A stretch of DNA of 64,000 bases from a virus. The translations under genes and the position numbers were made by a program. The notes beneath the pieces were generated by a model. The model had not been told where the DNA came from and made no database searches. It saw only the letters and a list, made by a program, of their open reading frames with translations. The DNA is taken from IMG/VR virus record IMGVR_UViG_3300045988_182851, positions 39,491 to 103,490 of that record. One strand, written 5' to 3'. Below are positions 1 through 9,489 of this stretch, piece by piece. The first letter of the stretch is position 1. Each line of letters starts with the position of its first letter.

Positions 1-184
1 CTCATTGCATTTACCTCTTCTTTCTTAAATTTTAGTTTTATTCTGCATCATAATATACATCACAAAAGATGCAGGTGTCACAACAGCCATTGTCACATTC
101 TTCAGATGTAACCTCACTACAATCTTTATCATATTCATCGCAATATAGCATATAAATTCCTCCGTTTTCTGTTGAAATACTTGT

Positions 185-376
185 TTACTCATCAAGAACA
201 CCTATCATAGATGGTATCTGACACACTTTTAGTTCACCATCAAATAATTCTCTATGTTCTCTGGATTCAAAATATCTTTTTGCTTTATTATAAGCATCTC
301 TTTTTGAATCTGCTTTTACTTCAATCATTCTATCGTAGAATATTGCTATATAATTTCCATCTTTAATTCTTACCAT
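185..376 (-). CDS. hypothetical small protein (63 aa)
   Basis: ORF on the dominant coding strand, tiled with neighbours; no recognisable motif. Confidence 0.35.
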   Translation of the reverse strand: MVRIKDGNYIAIFYDRMIEVKADSKRDAYNKAKRYFESREHRELFDGELKVCQIPSMIGVLDE

Positions 377-415
377 AATACATCTCTCCTTATAACAAAT
401 CCTGAGTATTGTAAA

Positions 416-673
416 TCATTGTTTCATATCCAAATTTACTTTAATCATTTCCATTGCATTTTCTTTAATTTCATTACGAACCCTTTGCAATTCATCCCAT
501 GTTATATTTTTCATGCAACAATCACCATAATTACAGTACATGTATTCTGTGACTGTATCAATAATACTCATAATTACTTCATCACTTGCTACAGTTCCAA
601 TTTTTCTCATAGGCTCATTTAATGACATCTTATAAATTTTATTATTTTCTATATGATAAAGTCCATTTTCCAT
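416..673 (-). CDS. hypothetical protein (85 aa)
   Basis: minus-strand ORF immediately following the 684..866 ORF; no motif recognised. Confidence 0.4.
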   Translation of the reverse strand: MENGLYHIENNKIYKMSLNEPMRKIGTVASDEVIMSIIDTVTEYMYCNYGDCCMKNITWDELQRVRNEIKENAMEMIKVNLDMKQ

Positions 674-683
674 ATTTTTACTC

Positions 684-866
684 CTATACTATCTCAAAAT
701 CTTCATCAAATGATTTCATATCTGTTTTATATCCGCATTTATTTTCATCAATAAGTATCATATTATCACCATGATTCATACATCTGTATTCCTTTCCTTT
801 TAGGAAATTGCTAAAGCGGTTATCTTCCATTAATACTTTAACATCATGTTTTGCTTTTGCTTTCAT
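684..866 (-). CDS. hypothetical protein (60 aa)
   Basis: minus-strand ORF; AGGAG-like RBS upstream at about 870-880. Confidence 0.4.
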   Translation of the reverse strand: MKAKAKHDVKVLMEDNRFSNFLKGKEYRCMNHGDNMILIDENKCGYKTDMKSFDEDFEIV

Positions 867-897
867 ATGCTATTCTCCTTATTTTCTTCCTTTCTTA

Positions 898-1395
898 TCA
901 GCCTGCTGTTACTTTTATCTTGCATCCATCCTTAAGTTTATATGTATAAGTGCGGTTGTTCTCTAAATCAATACCTGTATACTCAAGCATATCTTCACAT
1001 GCTTTAAAGAATTGTATAGGAAGAAACATATACCCATGTTTAATAATCTCAATTTCCTTATCAAACAGACTTTCATAATGTTCGTCATCATTAACCAGAC
1101 TATCGTAAATGTTTCCATTATCAAAAATACTCTGGCTAAAAAATTTTCCTCCGGCTTCCTTACGCTCTCGTCTTTTAGCTTCAATATTCATTGTAATCTT
1201 TTCAATGACCTCTAAGGCTTCCATAAAATCATCAAGTTCGCCCTCATATAAACCTTCATCACTGATTTTTATACCTTTACTTATAAGGTATTCGCCCCAT
1301 TCGCCATACCATTCATTATTGCCAAAAATCTGTGTACCATTTACATTTGTTCTGTAACTCATATAGTTTTGTCCTCTCTTTACTTTTAATATCAT
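898..1395 (-). CDS. hypothetical protein (165 aa)
   Basis: long minus-strand ORF; the overlapping plus-strand ORFs are antisense artefacts. Confidence 0.5.
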   Translation of the reverse strand: MILKVKRGQNYMSYRTNVNGTQIFGNNEWYGEWGEYLISKGIKISDEGLYEGELDDFMEALEVIEKITMNIEAKRRERKEAGGKFFSQSIFDNGNIYDSLVNDDEHYESLFDKEIEIIKHGYMFLPIQFFKACEDMLEYTGIDLENNRTYTYKLKDGCKIKVTAG

Positions 1396-1740
1396 TTAGA
1401 TGTTCCATCTGAAAATTCAACAAGAATTTTGGTTGGATATTTTATATGTATAAAATTATTCTATTTCTAAAATTTCCTTTAATAAAGCCGCCTTTCTGAG
1501 TTTTTTTATTAATTCTTTTACATTATTATTTTTCTTTGTTCCCATTTAATGGCCTCCTTTAAAAAATTATTTAATTTATATATGACAGAAAAAAAATTAT
1601 TTTGTTATAATATCAAACAATATAGACAAAACTCTGAAGCTTTAAGTTACAAACTTATGGTTTGTTGGGATAAACCAATTTTTTGTGTCAAAAAAAAATA
1701 TTATATTTCCTATCATACATATGGTGGATTATATTTCTCG

Positions 1741-1857
1741 TTTTTATGAAAGGCCGGGCTTTAATATGAACATATAATCAAGCTATGCAGTTGAAGTTAT
1801 GTACTGAGTATAAAGTATAAGTAAATATCCTAGACCAAAGCTTCGGAGTGTATCCAA
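1741..1857 (+). mobile_element. MITE-like internal-deletion derivative of the IS200/IS605-family element at 33819..35375 (left end fused to right end)
   Basis: 1741-1800 nearly identical to the IS left end and tnpB start (tttttatgaaaggccgggctttaatatg.acat..aatcaagctatgcagttgaagtta); 1801-1857 matches the IS right end (atgctgagtacaagg.ataagt..cttcggagtgt); the upstream flank 1600-1740 is homologous to the flank of the full copy. Confidence 0.55.
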
Positions 1858-2010
1858 ATAAAAAATAAGGGATTAAATTAATCAATCCCTTATTTATCCC
1901 TTATTATTTAATTATCTAAAATTTACTTCGCAATTTTTTAAATTTTTGTTATTCTATGCGATTATATTTCCAATTACCAGTTACATCTGTTTTTCTAAAC
2001 CAATTACTTT

Positions 2011-2343
2011 CTAATTTCCTTTGATATCCTTCCTAATAATAAATTTCTGATTTCTATGCTTTCTTTCCAAATATTTGTTGAATGTTTCAACATCCTCTTC
2101 TGATAAAAGACCTTTTAATCCACTACGGCATTTTACAATATTATGAAGACAAAAATTATCTACATGACCATATTGGCATAAATCTCTTGCCATCATCATG
2201 TCACTATAAAGCTGCATGAAAATATCATTATATTTCTTCTCTCCTAATTGAGCGTACAAAGCATTACAAATAATTACTAAATCGTCCGCAGTTAATTCTA
2301 CCATTACTTCTCTTTTTTCCTTTGAGATAGTTTGAATATTCAT
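2011..2343 (-). CDS. hypothetical protein (110 aa)
   Basis: minus-strand ORF. Confidence 0.45.
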   Translation of the reverse strand: MNIQTISKEKREVMVELTADDLVIICNALYAQLGEKKYNDIFMQLYSDMMMARDLCQYGHVDNFCLHNIVKCRSGLKGLLSEEDVETFNKYLERKHRNQKFIIRKDIKGN

Positions 2344-2400
2344 ATTTATTACATTCCTTTCTAAAGTTATTTAACTCTATTACCATTTTTCTTGTTATCT

Positions 2401-2571
2401 TTATAAGTATTCCTCCATATATCCTCTTTGTTGCAATTCTGTTTTTAAACTATCTTGTTCTTTGTATAATAAATCACGCTTATACGCAGATATATTAAAA
2501 TCTTGCAGTTCGCCATCAATTTCATCTAATCTTTTAAAAAGGTCAGAACTATTAGCAGATTTTATTTTCAT
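2401..2571 (-). CDS. hypothetical small protein (56 aa, MKIKSANSSDLFKRLDEIDGELQDF...)
   Basis: translated by hand from the sequence; GGAGG RBS 7 nt before the ATG; preceded by a 50 nt 5'UTR duplicated before the next gene. Confidence 0.35.
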   Translation of the reverse strand: MKIKSANSSDLFKRLDEIDGELQDFNISAYKRDLLYKEQDSLKTELQQRGYMEEYL

Positions 2572-2629
2572 AATATTTCCTCCAATCTTCTAAAGAAACT
2601 CTTGTTTACTCATGCATATCAGTAAATCA

Positions 2630-3016
2630 TCATTTTGTTGTATTTAAAATTATTTCTGAAAAATATTTTCTCTGTTCTTCTAAAGAGCCATACTGTTCCC
2701 AATCAAAATAATTCGCATTTTTATCTGTTAAAATTTCTTGATTTGCAACTACTCTTAATCTGTGTTCTATTTCTTTAATAGTCGGAAATGATTCTGTATC
2801 ATTATTGGTATAAAACAAATACATGTAACCTCTTGATTTTTTTATACCGCTTGTATTACCAATAATAATTGCTCTAAATCCAGCATCATTTTCAACTGTA
2901 ATTTCTGACTCTCCAAGGTCATTATTCCATATGACATTGAAAAGTTTATATACTTCATTTTGCTTTAATTCCTTATATGCATTCTTTATCTTTCTTGCTA
3001 ATTCTAAATAGGTCAT
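2630..3016 (-). CDS. hypothetical protein (128 aa)
   Basis: minus-strand ORF with GGAGGAAAG RBS; shares a duplicated 5'UTR with the 2401..2571 ORF. Confidence 0.5.
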   Translation of the reverse strand: MTYLELARKIKNAYKELKQNEVYKLFNVIWNNDLGESEITVENDAGFRAIIIGNTSGIKKSRGYMYLFYTNNDTESFPTIKEIEHRLRVVANQEILTDKNANYFDWEQYGSLEEQRKYFSEIILNTTK

Positions 3017-3082
3017 ATCTTTCCTCCAATCTTCTAAAGAAACTCTTGTCTACTCATGCATACCAGTAAATCGCCAATTCAT

Positions 3083-3280
3083 TTACTTTAATTCAATTAA
3101 CTCTGCTTCTTCGACATATTTCTTTGCCGCATTATATCCATTTTTATTAAGTTCACCTTCAATGCTAAACCAAAGTGAATCTAAAAAATTGGGAATAGAT
3201 GCAAAATCTTTATTTGGATATTTTTCTCTATATCGCTTATATGCAATTTTATACAATTCATCTACTAAATCACGCTTCAT
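3083..3280 (-). CDS. hypothetical protein (65 aa)
   Basis: minus-strand ORF. Confidence 0.4.
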   Translation of the reverse strand: MKRDLVDELYKIAYKRYREKYPNKDFASIPNFLDSLWFSIEGELNKNGYNAAKKYVEEAELIELK

Positions 3281-3313
3281 TATATTTTCTCCTTTTACAT
3301 TAAGAAATTCGTT

Positions 3314-3643
3314 TCATTCAGTTTCGATTTCCAAAATCTGTCCAATAAGTTCCTCTAAGTTTTCACTATTCAGATATGGACGCTGTGGATTTCCATTCTT
3401 ATCATATAATGTCGCAGAATATCTATCATTTTCATATTTGTATATGACATCAAATGACACGTTATCTGTTTCAACGAATGCATGTGGTTCACCATATGTA
3501 TTTTTATTACCTTGTAAAAATTGCAACTCAATTTCTAAACAATGTTCTTCCACCTCGTTTTCATACAAGTCATTTTCAAGAATAGCTTCTATTTCTGTTA
3601 TTCGCAGCTCTTTCTCCTGATTTTCATTATATTCTAGTCGCAT
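3314..3643 (-). CDS. hypothetical acidic protein (109 aa)
   Basis: minus-strand ORF, highly acidic composition. Confidence 0.45.
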   Translation of the reverse strand: MRLEYNENQEKELRITEIEAILENDLYENEVEEHCLEIELQFLQGNKNTYGEPHAFVETDNVSFDVIYKYENDRYSATLYDKNGNPQRPYLNSENLEELIGQILEIETE

Positions 3644-3694
3644 ATAATCATCTCCATTCTTCTATAAATCATCGTTTCATGTTATTTTTTTTCT

Positions 3695-3895
3695 TTACTC
3701 AATTGTGATATATATTCCGTCTCTTTTATCCCATGCAAAAATTTGAATATTTAATAACTCTTCCGGTAATTCAGATATATTACCTTTAAATAAGTCTTTA
3801 TTTTTATTGGTAGAAACAATAATTAAATTTGCATGATTTTCTTTTCGATTATTTAATAATTCTTTTAGTGTGGGAGCTTTTTCCATAAATATCAA
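3695..3895 (-). CDS. hypothetical protein (66 aa)
   Basis: minus-strand ORF. Confidence 0.4.
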   Translation of the reverse strand: MIFMEKAPTLKELLNNRKENHANLIIVSTNKNKDLFKGNISELPEELLNIQIFAWDKRDGIYITIE

Positions 3896-4061
3896 TCCTC
3901 CATATTTTTATTATTATCCCGTTAAAACTCTTGATTACTTACCGTAATTTTCCATTCCTTGCATATTCTAAAGCTGCCTCTTTTCCATTATGTTTGATTA
4001 CTTCCTTATCTCCATCTGTGTTCCATTTAATATTTATTGCTTTTAATATATAAATCACTCC

Positions 4062-4535
4062 TTACGCAATCTTCGTTATTTCCATATAACAGCCATCCAT
4101 ACACTTATCATACTGTCTGATATCATATAGCCATTTGAAAGGTATTTTTACAGTTCTTTCATCCTTTAATTTTCCCATTATTTCGTCAATATCGAAATAA
4201 CCTTGCATAAATCCATAACCTGATAAATAATGTTGTCTGTCCAAATTACATAATCTGTCATGATATTTTATGGTATTTTTCTTTAGAAACTTAATATATC
4301 TGTCAGATAAGCCAAAATTTTCTTTTGGGTTGTCTTCACTCCATTCTGATGATAAAAATGAACAACCTTGGAACAATTTAAGTTGCCACATAACTTCACG
4401 CATATTATAAAGAGTCTTTGTGATTCCATTTATTGCGATCATATAATCATTCAATGTTCCTGGCTCCCAATTCTTTTTGCTGCATCTTTTACATTTATAT
4501 GTATCTGTATTAATTATCATTTTATATCGTGCCAT
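4062..4535 (-). CDS. hypothetical protein (157 aa) with N-terminal CxxC
   Basis: minus-strand ORF; CKRCSKK motif. Confidence 0.45.
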   Translation of the reverse strand: MARYKMIINTDTYKCKRCSKKNWEPGTLNDYMIAINGITKTLYNMREVMWQLKLFQGCSFLSSEWSEDNPKENFGLSDRYIKFLKKNTIKYHDRLCNLDRQHYLSGYGFMQGYFDIDEIMGKLKDERTVKIPFKWLYDIRQYDKCMDGCYMEITKIA

Positions 4536-4635
4536 ATTTTATTTCTCCTTTATATTATTTATTATGAAAAATATGACAGAAAATAAAAATATCTCACCCA
4601 ATTAATTTTGGATGAGATATTGTTGCTGCAATCTT

Positions 4636-4968
4636 TTACAAATATTTTTCTACAGACACAATCTGACTACAATTAAGTGAAATTTCTTTATCCTGGTATC
4701 CTCCTTCTCCATATATCTTTGCTACGGTTATAATACTCTCAACGATATCAACAGCCTTATCTACAGATATAACTACTTCTTTATTATTATCATTCGAGCA
4801 TTCGTCATCATCATATGTAGCTCCAGTCCACCAACTACAAGCAGACATCTCCTTAGAGGCTTCCTTAACTTCTCCTATTAAGGTATTTTTTACTGTATCT
4901 AATATACGTCTTTCATTTTCTGATTCTGCTTTTTCTATAAGTTCATTTATTGTATTAAGTGTCTTCAT
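4636..4968 (-). CDS. hypothetical protein (110 aa), paralog of the 24751..25020 ORF
   Basis: N-terminus MKTLNTINELIEKAESENERRILDTVKNTLIGEVKEASKE..W.T..TYDDD aligns with MKTLNIINDFIKTSESETEKNMLNIIKNTLISEISEASKE..W.T.STYDDD. Confidence 0.5.
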   Translation of the reverse strand: MKTLNTINELIEKAESENERRILDTVKNTLIGEVKEASKEMSACSWWTGATYDDDECSNDNNKEVVISVDKAVDIVESIITVAKIYGEGGYQDKEISLNCSQIVSVEKYL

Positions 4969-5137
4969 AACTATTATTTCTCCTTATATTGACAGCTATT
5001 GCAGCCTGTTTTTTTAATGATTTACAGTTCCCACAATTATTTCTATTTTTACAGAACCAACAATTGTCATTATCTATCATCCACCATTTAGGGGGGCTGT
5101 GGCCGCATTTTTTCTTTTAACTTTTCCCATATATTAT

Positions 5138-5875
5138 TTAATTATCTTTTATTATTTCTTTAAATCCATATTTAGACAGGTATTTAATAATCTCTTTCTG
5201 CTTCTGTTCAATTTTCCTAATCTGCTCAGGAGCTTTCTGTATATAAAGTTTCTGTTTTTCAACGTCTTCATCATAACTCTTTTTTAAACATTTATTTGCT
5301 TCTTCAGCTCTTTTATATTCATTATCAAATATCTTTTTTAAATACTGCTTAGACACAAATAAGCTGAAAAAGAAATCAGATATCCTGACACTGCATGTCT
5401 TATCTTTGTTAAATAAACAATGTTGTGCATTAGCCAGTCTCTTTTTAAATGTATAATTTTCGTATCTTTTAAAAATATCCTGTGTCTCATAAGGTTCATA
5501 TTTAGGTTCATCATTCATTATTTTATTATAATATTTGATGCAATCGTCAATAATCCTGTAAGTATGATTTATGAAATCTATGCACATAATATTTTGACTG
5601 TGAAATTCGTCAAATGAAGAAATCTTAACCGTTACATTATCAACATCTGAATAAGGTGTTAAAAATATATCATCATTATTAAATATCTCAATCTGCTTTA
5701 AATATTCCATCATGGCAGCATAAAATGTTTTACCATTAACAGTTATATTCTTAAATAAAAAATCATAATCGCTTACTCCGTATACGGATAAATCAGACAT
5801 AATTAATTCAGGGTTATTAATAAAATTTTCTAAAATATCCAGTTCATGTCTGGCATCCTTTAACTCAATACTCAT
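5138..5875 (-). CDS. hypothetical protein (245 aa)
   Basis: long minus-strand ORF; basic coiled-coil C-terminus. Confidence 0.5.
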   Translation of the reverse strand: MSIELKDARHELDILENFINNPELIMSDLSVYGVSDYDFLFKNITVNGKTFYAAMMEYLKQIEIFNNDDIFLTPYSDVDNVTVKISSFDEFHSQNIMCIDFINHTYRIIDDCIKYYNKIMNDEPKYEPYETQDIFKRYENYTFKKRLANAQHCLFNKDKTCSVRISDFFFSLFVSKQYLKKIFDNEYKRAEEANKCLKKSYDEDVEKQKLYIQKAPEQIRKIEQKQKEIIKYLSKYGFKEIIKDN

Positions 5876-5913
5876 AAATTTTTCTCCTCATAAAAAATCG
5901 AAATTTCTTGGTA

Positions 5914-6297
5914 CTATTTTTGATTAATATTTAAGTAATAAGTTTTTCCTTTAATCTTGATATATCTTCCTTTTTTATTAAAATAGCAAATCTTATTACA
6001 AGTCAGGTCATGATAATAATTGTCCTTATATTTGATTTCAATGGTTAAACCATTATCAAAAACTATCTCTTTATCGTCTGCCAAATTATATGGTACTTGT
6101 CGTATATACGGTTTAACACAAGCATTGCAGTATATAAGCGTTCTCAAATCGGTGCATATAATATCTTGTACACCCATACTTTTACCGCATTTTTCACAAA
6201 ATAGTTCAGCACATCTATATGACATGTATTCACTTTCTTTCCATTTTCGACCACTTTTATTTAACTTATTTTCTACTTTTTCCCATAATTGTCCCAA
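5914..6297 (-). CDS. Cys-rich putative zinc-binding protein (127 aa)
   Basis: several CxxC pairs (CEKCGK, CNAC). Confidence 0.45.
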   Translation of the reverse strand: MGQLWEKVENKLNKSGRKWKESEYMSYRCAELFCEKCGKSMGVQDIICTDLRTLIYCNACVKPYIRQVPYNLADDKEIVFDNGLTIEIKYKDNYYHDLTCNKICYFNKKGRYIKIKGKTYYLNINQK

Positions 6298-6327
6298 ACC
6301 TTCACCTCCAAAGGAAACTAATAATTC

Positions 6328-6615
6328 TTACTTGTCTTCAAATGAAGCAGTTGCACGAATGTTGAGCCTTCTGTTATAAAAATATCCCTCTACTTCTTTT
6401 CGGACAATATCATTAACTGCTTTGGTTAAAGCTTTATCAACTCTATCCATAATCATTTGTTCAAAATCAATGCCCTTGATTTTACTTTCAATCGCTTGAA
6501 TTACTTTATCATCTATATCTTTCAACACCAGTTCTTTAAGTTCCTCTTTATTTAAACCAGCTTCACATAACATTTGTCTTGCTTCTTGTCTTAAAGCGAT
6601 TTCTTCTATTCTCAT
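6328..6615 (-). CDS. hypothetical protein (95 aa)
   Basis: minus-strand ORF. Confidence 0.4.
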   Translation of the reverse strand: MRIEEIALRQEARQMLCEAGLNKEELKELVLKDIDDKVIQAIESKIKGIDFEQMIMDRVDKALTKAVNDIVRKEVEGYFYNRRLNIRATASFEDK

Positions 6616-6703
6616 TTTTTTTACCTCCCAAGGAAACCAATAATTCTTATTTGTTTATTCTTCTCTTACATTTACTTCGTAGCTGCTCATCTTGCATGAC
6701 TAA

Positions 6704-7177
6704 TTACTCAGGGCAGTTTTTCTGAAGCTTTTGCTTATATAAGACTTCATCAACTATATCTGTAAAATTATAACCGAAATAATTATCATTCAGATAAGAA
6801 TATATATTACTGTAATTACATTTTATCTCTGTCTCAAATTCTAAGTTATACAAAAAAGTATTAACAAATGGATAATCATCCTGAAGCCAGATATCAAGAT
6901 AAAGATCCTTTATTATATAAATCCTAATATCTTTATCTTTATATTCATATGTCCAACACATAAATGTATATTTATCTTCAATATATTTTTTTAGTTCTAA
7001 CAGATAAAAATATCTGTATACCCAAAAAGAATAATCTTCATCTGAAGTAGTATCTGAATGTAACTCCAGTTTACATACATCTATCTTTTTATTTATATCA
7101 GTCAGTATCTTACTCTTTAATTTATTGACTTTTTCCTGTCTTTTTGATTCATCTGAAATCTTTTCATAACCATTCAT
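6704..7177 (-). CDS. hypothetical protein (157 aa)
   Basis: minus-strand ORF. Confidence 0.45.
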   Translation of the reverse strand: MNGYEKISDESKRQEKVNKLKSKILTDINKKIDVCKLELHSDTTSDEDYSFWVYRYFYLLELKKYIEDKYTFMCWTYEYKDKDIRIYIIKDLYLDIWLQDDYPFVNTFLYNLEFETEIKCNYSNIYSYLNDNYFGYNFTDIVDEVLYKQKLQKNCPE

Positions 7178-7405
7178 AAAAAATTCTCCTTCATATGTTT
7201 TTTAAGCTTTGCTGTTTTTTTATCCCGTTCAGAAAAAAGCTCTATGTCTTTATTTATCAGGTCTATTGTCTTTTCAATCATAATTTAGTTCTCCAATTTT
7301 ATTTCTTGACTTAATTATAATTATTTTATGGTAAAAACATTGTAAAAAGACTAATTAAAAGAGCTGGTACAAAAATGTATCACATTTAAGTACCAGTCTA
7401 AAAAT

Positions 7406-7945
7406 TTAAAGTTCTTTGTCAAAAATCTTTGATTTAATATTATTTGTCTTTACAAGCGGTTCATTCATAAATTCTTTATACTTTTTAGCATAATCAATCA
7501 GTGCATTATTATCATAATTGCTCTCGACTAATGCTCTGGTAAAATTACTATATTTTCCATTGCCCGGCATTAATGCTTTACATTCTTTATTCCATTCAGA
7601 TAATGTATCATAATCATAATTACATGCATCACAAAGAGCTGCAAGCTCTTCATCAGTTGTAGCATCCGAAAGGTCAATAAGCTCTGAATGAACCTTTATT
7701 AATATTTCTTTCTTCTTATCAATAACAGGTTTAATTACCGGTTCGATTGTATCTTTATCTATTTCTATAAAACCACTATCAAAAGATAACCCTGTAAGTC
7801 CACAATCAATTACTATTCCCGGATTAACAATAAAATATCTGTTGTTTACAGTAACAATATTACCTGTTACATACTGCTTTTCTTCATCTTTGGCACTGGT
7901 TCTCCAATTTATTTCCTTTGCCTTGTATATGTATGCATTATTCAT
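7406..7945 (-). CDS. hypothetical protein (179 aa; start moved to the second ATG)
   Basis: the ATG at 7966 lies inside the RBS AAAAGGAGAAAC; the ATG at 7945 has correct SD spacing. Confidence 0.5.
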   Translation of the reverse strand: MNNAYIYKAKEINWRTSAKDEEKQYVTGNIVTVNNRYFIVNPGIVIDCGLTGLSFDSGFIEIDKDTIEPVIKPVIDKKKEILIKVHSELIDLSDATTDEELAALCDACNYDYDTLSEWNKECKALMPGNGKYSNFTRALVESNYDNNALIDYAKKYKEFMNEPLVKTNNIKSKIFDKEL

Positions 7946-7978
7946 AAATTTGTTTCTCCTTTTCATTTTGATAATTTA

Positions 7979-7992
7979 TATATGACAGAAAA
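7979..7992 (-). promoter_or_regulatory. conserved promoter-like motif (plus strand TATATGACAGAAAA; CTGTCATATA in gene orientation)
   Basis: one of more than 35 copies placed about 25-45 nt before RBSs of minus-strand genes; directly follows a terminator hairpin and T-run. Confidence 0.55.
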
Positions 7993-8026
7993 AAAGGACT
8001 TACACTAAGAAATTTTTTAGTGTGAC
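7989..8026 (-). terminator. rho-independent terminator (hairpin acactaa/ttagtgt plus T-run)
   Basis: 7 bp stem with an 8 nt loop, followed on the minus strand by TTTTTTT running into the promoter motif. Confidence 0.45.
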
Positions 8027-8073
8027 AATTCTTAAATTATTGTTAAGTATATATTTTACATTTCAGTTTCTAT

Positions 8074-8127
8074 GAACTACCCGCAATCGATTTTTGTTGA
8101 ATGGAGTTTTCTTGCTATTCTTCGATA
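8074..8127 (-). repeat. R1 structured repeat, copy 1 (GAACTACyCACAACCGAC..TTGTCGG.TGGAGTTTTCTTGCTATTCTTCGATAA)
   Basis: six copies share about 85-95% identity; here it sits between the R2 promoter (8132) and the terminator (8003-8024), suggesting a stand-alone small transcript. Confidence 0.6.
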
Positions 8128-8235
8128 ATTAATATGACAGAGCTAAAATATAATTTGTCTAAAGCATAAAAAAATCGGCTTATCCCACGAAGCTTTAAGC
8201 TTCGGGGTTTTGCCGATATTATTTGATATTATAAA
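8125..8235 (-). repeat. R2 terminator-promoter cassette, copy A (also at 33685..33810 inverted)
   Basis: about 110 nt nearly identical to the reverse complement of 33685-33810; GC-rich nested hairpin atcggc..cccacgaagcttTAAagcttcgggg..gccgat, T-run, then the CTGTCATATTAAT motif. Confidence 0.6.
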
Positions 8236-8239
8236 ATCT

Positions 8240-8518
8240 TCAATATCCAAGTTTTTGCATTTTTTCTATGTTAAATTTCCAATAAGTTACATTTAGCACA
8301 CTATATCTTTTAATAGCATCTTGTTTTAATCCTTCATTTGTAAAAATCAGATCGTACTTTTTTAAATCATTAAATAGTTTCTTACTCATTCTAACTGGGT
8401 AAGATTTAAAACCTTTGTTCTTTTCTTTCGTAATAATTTGATAACAAGCTCCATTATCCAAAATTAAATCATTATTATCAATATTAAGTATATCTCTGCC
8501 TACTTTTAATTTTACCAT
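8240..8518 (-). CDS. hypothetical protein (92 aa)
   Basis: minus-strand ORF. Confidence 0.45.
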   Translation of the reverse strand: MVKLKVGRDILNIDNNDLILDNGACYQIITKEKNKGFKSYPVRMSKKLFNDLKKYDLIFTNEGLKQDAIKRYSVLNVTYWKFNIEKMQKLGY

Positions 8519-8558
8519 TTTATTATTATCTCCAATCTATTTATCCAGAAATCATCAT

Positions 8559-8786
8559 TTAATCAGCTAACGATAAAATATCATTTCTATCAAATCCAAT
8601 TAATTCATCAGATTCTATAATATCAGCCAATATATTAACAATTTCTTTTTGTGCTTCAGAATCCCATTCCACAAGCTCCTCTTTTATAATCTTTGCACCA
8701 TTTGATTTTGCAATATAATAATCTTCCAGTGTAGCAAAGAAAAATTCATATTGACTATCAAATGGTGGCATTTTACTATTCTTCAT
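8559..8786 (-). CDS. hypothetical acidic protein (75 aa)
   Basis: minus-strand ORF. Confidence 0.4.
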   Translation of the reverse strand: MKNSKMPPFDSQYEFFFATLEDYYIAKSNGAKIIKEELVEWDSEAQKEIVNILADIIESDELIGFDRNDILSLAD

Positions 8787-8833
8787 ATCATTTAAATATT
8801 TTAATGTTTTTTTTATTTTCCATCTACATTACC

Positions 8834-9034
8834 TCATTTCATCAATTCTTCAACTTCCTGCTTTATCATACTAATTTCCGATAAATCATACTGCCCAATC
8901 ATTTTCTCTAATTCATCAGGTAGTCCAGTCATTTGCGATAAATCCTCAATAGCTCTTTCCATATGTTCATAAGCAAGATCCAAATTATTCCATACTGACT
9001 GCAAATTATTTTGTGTTTTATTAATTTGGCTCAT
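8834..9034 (-). CDS. hypothetical protein (66 aa)
   Basis: minus-strand ORF. Confidence 0.4.
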   Translation of the reverse strand: MSQINKTQNNLQSVWNNLDLAYEHMERAIEDLSQMTGLPDELEKMIGQYDLSEISMIKQEVEELMK

Positions 9035-9044
9035 TTATATCACA

Positions 9045-9251
9045 TCAATCTCCTATTAGCCAATCTCTTCCATCACAAGATTTGTGTTCTTGGACAATTT
9101 CATCAGTTAATTTTATATTTTTAAAAAATCCACTACCAATTGCTGCGCAACCATATGAACAATATTTATCTGTAAACCCAGTTCTTACAACAATAATTGA
9201 ATTTTCAAGTAATGACTTGCCACATGTAGAACATTCCATATATCTTACCAT
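9045..9251 (-). CDS. small zinc-ribbon-like protein (68 aa)
   Basis: CSTCGK ... CSYGC cysteine pairs. Confidence 0.4.
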   Translation of the reverse strand: MVRYMECSTCGKSLLENSIIVVRTGFTDKYCSYGCAAIGSGFFKNIKLTDEIVQEHKSCDGRDWLIGD

Positions 9252-9282
9252 TTATATTACCTCTTCCAATCTTCCCAATAAA

Positions 9283-9489
9283 TCATTCTTTTGTTGTATA
9301 TTTGCTATTTTTTAATATTCCTTCTATACTTCTTATCGCATCTTTTATACTCGTATAGTATCCATTTCTTACTAAACTTTTTGCAACTTTTTCTTTGTAT
9401 TGTTGTATTTGTAAATCATTCATGTAATCACCTCCAAGGAAAGTTAAATTTCTTTTCATTTGTTTAAAAATCAACTTCTTTTTCTTCAA
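9283..9489 (-). CDS. hypothetical basic protein (68 aa)
   Basis: minus-strand ORF overlapping the next by 26 nt. Confidence 0.3.
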   Translation of the reverse strand: MKKKKLIFKQMKRNLTFLGGDYMNDLQIQQYKEKVAKSLVRNGYYTSIKDAIRSIEGILKNSKYTTKE

